Source: Fibrobacteria bacterium (GTDB lineage Bacteria; Fibrobacterota; Fibrobacteria; UBA11236). Taken from it: a stretch of DNA of 12,131 nt. The translations under genes were made by a program, and so were the position numbers. Every line of letters begins with the position of its first letter. The stretch's first letter is position 1. The stretch covers positions 1-12,131 of the forward strand of contig JAYTHY010000070.1 in NCBI GenBank assembly GCA_043732185.1, written 5' to 3'. Shown piece by piece: positions 5,985 to 12,131 of the stretch. The notes beneath the pieces were generated by a model. That model worked only from the letters and a program-made list of their open reading frames with translations. It was not told the origin of the DNA and ran no database searches.

Positions 5985-7349
5985 ATGAAAATGTCCCGGC
6001 GGGTTTTCCAGCCCCATGCCACTGTAGCCTTACTGGCCCTGGTTCTAGGCATGCTTCAGGTGGTCCTCGAAGCAGCTCCACAATCCTCATCGAGTGTGGC
6101 AGCTACGAGCGCATCGTCACCGGTTGAAATCAATGTCGAGTCTCCTATCGTCACCAAAGATCCGAATCCGCTCCTGCGCACCACCATTTCCCTGAATGCC
6201 CAGGATGCCAGCCTCTCGGAAATCCTCAAAGTTATGGCCGAACGCTCCAGCATGAACTTTGTCGCCGGTGAAGGGGTTCAGAAAGCCAAGATCTCCATCA
6301 TCCTCAATAAGACGCCGGTATCGGAGGCCATCGATCTCATCGTGCGTGCCGCCGGACTCTCGTATGAAATCATCGGCAATTCGGTTTTGATCGGAGAGTC
6401 GGGAAAACTTAAAGATGAGGTGGGGCAAAGCGGGTATGTCATCGCGTTGAACTATGCCGATGCCGAAGAAGTGGCGGGCATGCTGGCCGATTTGAGCAAG
6501 AACATCAAGGTGGACAAGGGCGGCAACCGCCTTATCGCCTATGCCAGTCCCAGAGTCATCAATGAAATCGAACGCATCGTGCGCTCGCTCGATCATCCCC
6601 ATACCCAGGTGATGCTGGAAACACGTTTAATCGAAGTGTCTGTGGATGAGCAAAATAAATACGGCATCGACTGGGGCGCGCTGTCACCGATTCAAACCAG
6701 TGTTGGTTTTCCTGCCGTGCCCGTAGCCCAAGGGTACCTGCTCAAGGGCGGTACACGCGGTCCATTAAGTTTTAATCTGCTGCTCGACATGCTCATCCAA
6801 AACGGCGACGCTCGCGTTCTCATGAACTCCAAACTCACCACCACCAACAACCGTGAAGCCACCTTGCATATCGGCGAAAAAATCCCATACGTCATCCAGA
6901 GCTACAATTCCGCTTCTACTGCGGGCGGCGGTGCCAATCAACAAGTGCAGCATGAGGATGTCGGCGTAAAGATCCGCATGGAACCACATGTCAACGAGGA
7001 TGCGGAAATCACCCTCAACCTGGAGCCCGAAGTCAGTTCCATCACCGGTTTCAAAGGCCCCAATTCAGACCTGCCGCTCGTCAAAGTACGCAAGACCAAA
7101 ACCACCGTGCGCGTAGCCGATGGACAAACAATTTTCTTGGCCGGTTTACTTTCGGAAGAAGAAACCGTGGAACTGAGAAAGCTACCCATCCTAGGTCAAA
7201 TACCGGTGCTGGGAGCACTGTTTACGCACAAGCTTATCGTGAAACGCAAAACCAATCTCATCATTGAGATAAGACCCAAGATCATCCGCAAGTCTTCGGA
7301 CCTGGTGATGACGGATCCGTTTCGTACTGACAGTACAGTGGCTAAATAG
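5985..7349 (+). CDS. pilQ: Outer-membrane secretin (PilQ/GspD family), short form
   Basis: Signal peptide, STN/N0-like domain (ISLNAQDASLSEILK), one N3-like domain (LNYADAEEV...LDHP..QVMLE) and the secretin signature DGQTIFLAGL-x11-LPILGQIPVLGALF. Confidence 0.95.
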   Translation: MKMSRRVFQPHATVALLALVLGMLQVVLEAAPQSSSSVAATSASSPVEINVESPIVTKDPNPLLRTTISLNAQDASLSEILKVMAERSSMNFVAGEGVQKAKISIILNKTPVSEAIDLIVRAAGLSYEIIGNSVLIGESGKLKDEVGQSGYVIALNYADAEEVAGMLADLSKNIKVDKGGNRLIAYASPRVINEIERIVRSLDHPHTQVMLETRLIEVSVDEQNKYGIDWGALSPIQTSVGFPAVPVAQGYLLKGGTRGPLSFNLLLDMLIQNGDARVLMNSKLTTTNNREATLHIGEKIPYVIQSYNSASTAGGGANQQVQHEDVGVKIRMEPHVNEDAEITLNLEPEVSSITGFKGPNSDLPLVKVRKTKTTVRVADGQTIFLAGLLSEEETVELRKLPILGQIPVLGALFTHKLIVKRKTNLIIEIRPKIIRKSSDLVMTDPFRTDSTVAK

Positions 7350-7992
7350 AACTGGTTCTTGAAGAGCTGGTCATGGCCCTGTCATCAAGTGAACCAAGCA
7401 GACTCGCAGCTTTAAAAAATCGTTTCGCCGTCGCACTATTTGAACGCTCTACCAAGTCAATCCCAGCCTCAATCAGCACTGCTTTAAATAATTCGGTGCG
7501 AGAGACCTGAAGTCTTTCCTGTACCCGATTTAGAGCTTCAAGTGTTAGCACATCCATTTTGCTACTTACCCTGCAAGAAGCTTTTCCCAGCAAGAGCCCC
7601 TTCCTTATCGGCGACTTCAATTGCGATTTGAAGGAACTTGGGTTTTGCATCCATTCCTGGGAGAAGAAATTGATTAGCATCCGCATAGTCAACTGGGGCT
7701 CCACCCGAATCATGGAACTGACCGCGAATAGTACGTCCTCCAAGGGTGGCGTCACCCGCGCTTCAACATGCGTATCATTCTTCCGAAGTTCCAATCGGAT
7801 TTTCGGGGACGATTGCGCGGGAATGGCTGCCAGGGATCCGCAAATGTCACAAAATCCCTGCAACACGTTATCGATACTTTTACCCTTTTGATCTGGAACC
7901 GAATATTTATCGTAGCGATAGGTGGTATCCCGCAAGCGCTTGCAGTGAGGGCAAACTGCCTGGGATTTATCCCCATCTTTCAAGATTCGCAT
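7342..7992 (-). CDS. Putative antitoxin: MqsA/YgiT-type zinc ribbon plus two RHH-like repeats
   Basis: CPHC-x30-CDIC (7942-7953, 7840-7851), followed by two strand-helix-helix segments. The start is placed at ATG 7992 because the SD AAGGAG (8003-7998) overlaps the ORF-track GTG at 7998. Confidence 0.7.
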   Translation of the reverse strand: MRILKDGDKSQAVCPHCKRLRDTTYRYDKYSVPDQKGKSIDNVLQGFCDICGSLAAIPAQSSPKIRLELRKNDTHVEARVTPPLEDVLFAVSSMIRVEPQLTMRMLINFFSQEWMQNPSSFKSQLKSPIRKGLLLGKASCRVSSKMDVLTLEALNRVQERLQVSRTELFKAVLIEAGIDLVERSNSATAKRFFKAASLLGSLDDRAMTSSSRTSSI

Positions 7993-8002
7993 GGCCACTC
8001 CT

Positions 8003-8311
8003 TTACTGGTGTACGCTTATGAAAAGGGTTCCACTTGGAACGAAAAAGAACTTGATATACCAACCGTCGAACTTGCCCTTTGGTTTCAGCTTATGTACCT
8101 CTACCGACCGGTCCATATCATGGGGGCCAGTGGAATGATCTTTTCCAGTACAGTGCATCACCATAATAATGACCTCATCCGGCGTGACTTTCCCCGTGTG
8201 GAGTAGATTCTTTTGATCGATGTCCTTTCGAGGTTCATGGTCAAAGGCATGGTTGCGAAGACATTTGATAACCTGCTTTCGAGTTTCATTGAAGCCTACC
8301 GTGGAACCCAT
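8003..8311 (-). CDS. Putative MqsR/RelE-superfamily toxin (ribonuclease-like)
   Basis: 102 aa with C-terminal WYIKF...LFISVH resembling the MqsR YxK...isFH strands. Toxin-first order before a Zn-ribbon gene. SD AAGGAG 6 nt before the ATG. Confidence 0.65.
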   Translation of the reverse strand: MGSTVGFNETRKQVIKCLRNHAFDHEPRKDIDQKNLLHTGKVTPDEVIIMVMHCTGKDHSTGPHDMDRSVEVHKLKPKGKFDGWYIKFFFVPSGTLFISVHQ

Positions 8312-8324
8312 TCACCACTCCTTA

Positions 8325-8353
8325 AATGTACACCCTGTAGAGTACGGTTGCAA
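8325..8353 (-). promoter_or_regulatory. sigma70-type promoter of the TA module with a candidate autoregulatory operator
   Basis: TTGCAA (8353-8348) - 17 nt - TACATT (8330-8325). A TGTACA palindrome (8327-8332) overlaps the -10 box and a second GTAC lies at 8342-8345 in the spacer. Confidence 0.7.
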
Positions 8354-8445
8354 TATAAAAACATGGCGTATTGATTCTTGCAAATTTAGTCGTTTTTGAA
8401 TGGGTTTTGCGATATTTGGCTATCCAGCCTCCGCAATTTAACTCG

Positions 8446-9471
8446 CTAATTCAAGACTCGCCCGATTATAGAATAGCGCCAACGCCACGACTCCCGCAGG
8501 CCCAGCCCCCGCTGACCCTTGCCAACCCGCCAACCTCGCACCGCATCACTCGGACACGATCCAGCATCAACCGTGGCCCGTGGATCGAAATTTGGTTTAG
8601 TTGGATCCATGCACCCGCGCCTGGCATAGATAGGGATGCCGGAAACCGGATCCAGTTCCTTGATTTCCCAGTTCTTGTACCAAACGACAAACCCTTCAGC
8701 CTGCACGGACACGCCACCACTGGTGATGGGAACCCGTTTGGCCAATGAGGAATCGTCCGGCGTGCCTCGGCCCTGGAAATGCCAACCTGAAGTGCGCAGG
8801 AGGGCGTTAAGGTAAACGGCCACGCTATCGCCACGGACAATCGCATCCAAGTGATTCCATTGTCCCGGTGGATTTTCCTTAAGGATTAGATTGCTCTCCA
8901 CCACGCGTAATGCAGCATCCCAAGGCTCACACGTCCATGCGACACCGCCCTGATTTTTTGGTAGGAATTTCTGCGTCCCCGCCAAAACGGTAGTGGTGAT
9001 GTAGGGGCCGTACGTGTTCGCAGCCCATAGCGTGCCCGGAAAATTTCCGTCGCGGCGGAAATTGATTTCGATGGAACGGGGTCTCAACAAGGCTTTAACC
9101 GTTTTCGCAGCCTGATTGTCGAAAAGAATCATGACTCCGGCATTGGCCGAGCTGCCGGCGTTCGCGGCGAATTTGTAATCAACCCTCATCTGATAATGCG
9201 AATACTCTTTGGTAGTCGTGAGCAGGGAGTAGGGGCCATCGGCTTTGATCATCCCGCTATCCGCAGTGAAAGTCGTTTGGTTTTTAACTTCCGTATAGCC
9301 CACATTGCCCACGTACACGTAGAAGTCGTTAAAATCCGTACCACTGTACAAGGAAACCCATCCAGAATCGGCCTTGGTGGGCATGGGCACAGTTTGCGCC
9401 AATGCCATCCGCACCTGCCAGGGAAAAAGCACGGCAGCCATAAACACTAGCAGCGCACCGTTTACTTGCAT
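8446..9471 (-). CDS. Exported DUF1080 family protein (3-keto-disaccharide hydrolase/lyase-like)
   Basis: Signal peptide ending ALA|Q. DUF1080 motifs GWVSLYSGTDF, TTKEYSHY, NAGV, GQWNH...VRGDSVAVYLN, GGVSVQAEG..VWYKNWEIKEL. C-terminal GCMD...GSC module and basic tail. Confidence 0.85.
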   Translation of the reverse strand: MQVNGALLVFMAAVLFPWQVRMALAQTVPMPTKADSGWVSLYSGTDFNDFYVYVGNVGYTEVKNQTTFTADSGMIKADGPYSLLTTTKEYSHYQMRVDYKFAANAGSSANAGVMILFDNQAAKTVKALLRPRSIEINFRRDGNFPGTLWAANTYGPYITTTVLAGTQKFLPKNQGGVAWTCEPWDAALRVVESNLILKENPPGQWNHLDAIVRGDSVAVYLNALLRTSGWHFQGRGTPDDSSLAKRVPITSGGVSVQAEGFVVWYKNWEIKELDPVSGIPIYARRGCMDPTKPNFDPRATVDAGSCPSDAVRGWRVGKGQRGLGLRESWRWRYSIIGRVLN

Positions 9472-11306
9472 GCTATTTTCGAGAAATTTTCACTTCCGGA
9501 TTTGACTTTGATTATGAATGCACCTTCCGGCAGAGTAGCCTTTGAAAAAACCACGGGCGCGCTCCCGCGACTGGAACTTAATGCCAGCAGTCGACCGGTC
9601 ACATCCAGGATTTGAGTTGTGATGAAAGCATCGGATGCGAATACAGGTTGCACGATAAGGTCCTGGCCTTGGTGTTTGATGGAGAATCCATTTTTCGAAT
9701 CTGGCTTGAGCCGAGGATCGGAAGCCTTGGGATCCATGGAAACGGTGCTGCCATCGATTCCCGGCCCATAATGGTTCAGAGTATACCAAGCCTCCGTGCC
9801 CCAAAGTTTTTCTCCCGCATCGGTGGACAGAATATCGTTCTTCCAATGGAAATAATATTCCCAGCCTTCCTCTATTCCCGCCATCACTATTATGGCTTTG
9901 AGGCGATCGGCCGAAACTTTTGCAGAGCCCACCACCATAGCAGTAACATCCTGCTTTCGCCCGGTTCCATACCCTTCATTGGGTCGATCCCACCATTTCG
10001 TAACTTCCAGATTCGCAGTCACATCGGCCCCAAGCGCTGCACTCAGAGGCTTGGTAAATTCGATTTCAAAAGAAGTAGCGCCAAGACTGCGCACGGCCAG
10101 CATCTCAAAAGCCTTATTGCCATTGGGTTTTATACGATCCAGCCCCGTGTATGTCATCCTGGTCCATGCTGCCCCATAGGAGCCGTTGGCACCTGCATAT
10201 AAAGCTCCATCCGGCCCCCAGACGATTCTGTACACCGATTGGCTTTCAAAACCCTGGCTGAAATAAAAGGTTGCACCCTGCCATTCCTCTTTGATTTTTT
10301 CCAGAAAGACACGGCAGATGCCGCCATAAGCCCCGTCCGCATCGGGAACAAACATCTGTCCCTTGAACAGGCCATCCTTGATGAAAAGCGGATTGCCGGG
10401 GGAACGACCACCCGCCTCGCCATACGGCAGGTCAACGGAGAATGGCGATTGAATGGGCATATGGGGTCCGTTATCCGGAAACACCCGGTACGGAATGGGC
10501 TGGAATACGGAGCTGGGGTTGATGGGGCGCCCATACCAGCGCCCTTGCCTTATGTTGATTAAAGGGTTTGATGGACGATACCCTCCCTGGTTCTCGGTAA
10601 TCCACAGTTCACCGAGTGCGAATTCTACACCGCCCGGAACACGCAGTCCGCCACTGAAGGGTTCGGACTTGCCATTTCTGGAAAATCGCAGTACGCCATT
10701 TTGCCTTCCGGCCGGGGCAGGATTCACGGCTGTCCCACTGCTCACGGTTGGATCACCAAAAGCACCATAAAAATAGGTTCCATCATATGCGAGTCCGGTC
10801 GCATATTCCTTTTCCATCGTTGACTTTGTCCAATCATAACTGATGGCTCGGAATTCATCGGCCTTCCCGTCCTTGTCGGAATCCAGGAGCAAGGTCAGCT
10901 CATCCTTTTGCAGAATGAAAACCGAATCGTTAACCACTTTGAGCCCCAACGTTTCCGTCAATCCCGAGGCAAACTCCGATAACGTGATGCCGCCCTTGGG
11001 GCCCGTGGCGTTCTTGAGCATGAAAATCCCATACGGATCCTTCCAACTGGAAACGACCAAAGTTCCGTCCCGTAAAAAGTCCATGTCGCCGATTGGAAAG
11101 GTCATGGCTGCAGGGCGGATATTCTCCAATATGTAACCAGGATGAATGGTCTTAAGAGGCATTTGGTCGCCGGGGCGGGCGGCGAGGACGGGAATGGACC
11201 CCGCCAAAAAAAGTGCCGCAATTAAAGTTGGGGAGGACATAAACAAAGAGGGCGTTAGCGATGCTGGAAAAAACGGTGAGGCCTGTATATGCAGTTTGGT
11301 TTTCAT
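9462..11306 (-). CDS. Exported beta-propeller protein (glucose/sorbosone dehydrogenase-like) with T9SS-type C-terminal sorting domain
   Basis: Signal peptide ending VLA|ARP (true start could be the later MSSP Met). Propeller motifs MDFLRDG, FASGL..TLGL, DSDKDGKADE, GLRVP, TENQG, WGPDGALY. CTD with LDVTGR, LPEGAFIIKV, KIACK. Confidence 0.75.
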   Translation of the reverse strand: MKTKLHIQASPFFPASLTPSLFMSSPTLIAALFLAGSIPVLAARPGDQMPLKTIHPGYILENIRPAAMTFPIGDMDFLRDGTLVVSSWKDPYGIFMLKNATGPKGGITLSEFASGLTETLGLKVVNDSVFILQKDELTLLLDSDKDGKADEFRAISYDWTKSTMEKEYATGLAYDGTYFYGAFGDPTVSSGTAVNPAPAGRQNGVLRFSRNGKSEPFSGGLRVPGGVEFALGELWITENQGGYRPSNPLINIRQGRWYGRPINPSSVFQPIPYRVFPDNGPHMPIQSPFSVDLPYGEAGGRSPGNPLFIKDGLFKGQMFVPDADGAYGGICRVFLEKIKEEWQGATFYFSQGFESQSVYRIVWGPDGALYAGANGSYGAAWTRMTYTGLDRIKPNGNKAFEMLAVRSLGATSFEIEFTKPLSAALGADVTANLEVTKWWDRPNEGYGTGRKQDVTAMVVGSAKVSADRLKAIIVMAGIEEGWEYYFHWKNDILSTDAGEKLWGTEAWYTLNHYGPGIDGSTVSMDPKASDPRLKPDSKNGFSIKHQGQDLIVQPVFASDAFITTQILDVTGRLLALSSSRGSAPVVFSKATLPEGAFIIKVKSGSENFSKIACK

Positions 11307-11310
11307 GCGT

Positions 11311-12021
11311 CTACCAGGATCCGGTCAAAATGGACTCGCCATTAACAGCTTGGAGCAAGTTTTTTCCAAGTAAAGATCCCGTGCCCGTTACCGCCCAGTT
11401 TCCTCCGGCAGGCAAGCTCAAGCTGGCGGAAAAACCAGCCGGGAGCCCTGTGAATACAAGTTTGCGAACCAAAGTTGTTTTAAGTCCTACTGCTATATAT
11501 TCGGGCGTTTCCAGAACTCCAATCTCCCGCCCATCACCGAGTATCAACGCAAAACCGATTTTAAAAACATCTCCATTGACAAAGTAACCCTTGAACCGGG
11601 TTTGCGATTCCACCGTGGCACCCCCATTCTGAACCGTCCAAGCCTTATAGTTCCTTGGCTGCTGGGGCCACTTGGTGTAATAGGTGACGATATCCGCAGG
11701 CTTGGTCCAACTGGCAAAGTATTCCCCCACGGAATCCTTGAAGTATGGATTTCCACTAGCTACAAACCAGTGTGGAAAATGGGGGGCCTGATCGAAAAAA
11801 GTGTAGTGGGCGTTTTCCAATATGCCACCCGAAGTTCCGCCAGGCCAGGCTTGATACAATTGGCATTGAGGAAGGTCATAGAGGACCCAGAGCTTTTCAT
11901 GCAGGGCAACTTTCAATTGCCGGGAACGCTCTTGGGTTACCACCCGTTCCACAAAGGGTGAATAAGGCCTGGCTGCAAAAACAATTCCGCATTGAAACGA
12001 AAGATAGAGTCCAAATAACAT
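11311..12021 (-). CDS. Hypothetical exported protein
   Basis: 236-aa ORF co-oriented with and 4 nt from the next gene. Hydrophobic N-terminus ending VFA|ARP. Aromatic-rich, beta-strand-like sequence. Confidence 0.75.
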   Translation of the reverse strand: MLFGLYLSFQCGIVFAARPYSPFVERVVTQERSRQLKVALHEKLWVLYDLPQCQLYQAWPGGTSGGILENAHYTFFDQAPHFPHWFVASGNPYFKDSVGEYFASWTKPADIVTYYTKWPQQPRNYKAWTVQNGGATVESQTRFKGYFVNGDVFKIGFALILGDGREIGVLETPEYIAVGLKTTLVRKLVFTGLPAGFSASLSLPAGGNWAVTGTGSLLGKNLLQAVNGESILTGSW

Positions 12022-12062
12022 GAACTGGCTAACCCCAATGCCTTTCGGAAACCCCCACTCAG

Positions 12063-12131
12063 TTACCCAATGGCGTCATTTTTCAAGAGCCCCATGTTGA
12101 TAGTAGTCATTTCCTCGATGATTTCCAGCAG
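12063..12131 (-). CDS. 3' end of an upstream gene (partial); C-terminal helix reminiscent of DUF6788-type small proteins
   Basis: Open frame from the window edge, LLEIIEEMTTINMGLLKNDAIG, then TAA at 12065-12063. Only 22 residues are visible, so the family guess is weak. Confidence 0.45.
   Translation of the reverse strand: MLEIIEEMTTINMGLLKNDAIG

Noticed and set aside
7993..7998. GTG start at 7998 for the antitoxin, as in the ORF track
   Set aside because: It overlaps the AAGGAG SD. ATG at 7992 has proper 5-nt spacing.
8407..8436. Imperfect stem-loop (TTGCG..GGCT ATCC AGCC..CGCAA) as terminator for the DUF1080 operon
   Set aside because: The stems are short and interrupted, with no U-tract on the minus strand. 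Too weak to call.
8436..8442. GTTAAAT (GTTRRRY) on the minus strand upstream of the TA, suggesting an integron cassette
   Set aside because: There is no RYYYAAC/attC structure after the antitoxin stop and no integrase in the window. The 7-mer is expected by chance.
10854..10883. DSDKDGKADE EF-hand-like loop as a novel feature
   Set aside because: DxDxDG loops are common in this propeller family, so it was used only as supporting evidence.
1..12131. CRISPR array, tRNA/rRNA or complete IS element
   Set aside because: No regularly spaced repeats, RNA gene structures or transposase ORFs were seen. The window is almost entirely protein-coding.

Overview
The window has three blocks. (1) 1-7349 (+) is a compact type IV filament operon of the T4aP/T2SS superfamily: partial PilC/GspF platform, five prepilins (major pilin, a paralogue, PilV/W/X-like), then PilM-N-O-P and a short PilQ/GspD secretin. 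(2) 7342-8353 (-) is a self-contained, toxin-first two-gene module with its own sigma70 promoter. It encodes an MqsR/RelE-like toxin and an antitoxin that joins an MqsA-type Zn ribbon to two RHH-like repeats instead of an HTH, and it overlaps pilQ tail-to-tail. (3) 8446-12131 (-) holds three predicted exported proteins (unknown domain; sugar-dehydrogenase-like beta-propeller with a T9SS-type C-terminal domain; DUF1080 3-keto-glycoside lyase-like) and the 3' end of an upstream gene. FCB-type export and glycosylation signals together with strong Shine-Dalgarno sites suggest Fibrobacterota or a relative (inference). Most notable: strong enrichment of the Bacteroidota-type O-glycosylation sequon D-[S/T]-[A/I/L/V/M/T] in the pilins, a mosaic major pilin with a sharp codon-usage break, a perfect sigma28 -10 box overlapping a sigma54-like site before the pilin, T2SS-like traits in PilM/PilP, the atypical TA pair, and an apparently three-way split secreted glycoside-oxidation module. 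All family calls come from motif recognition by eye and all counts are hand counts; no searches were run.
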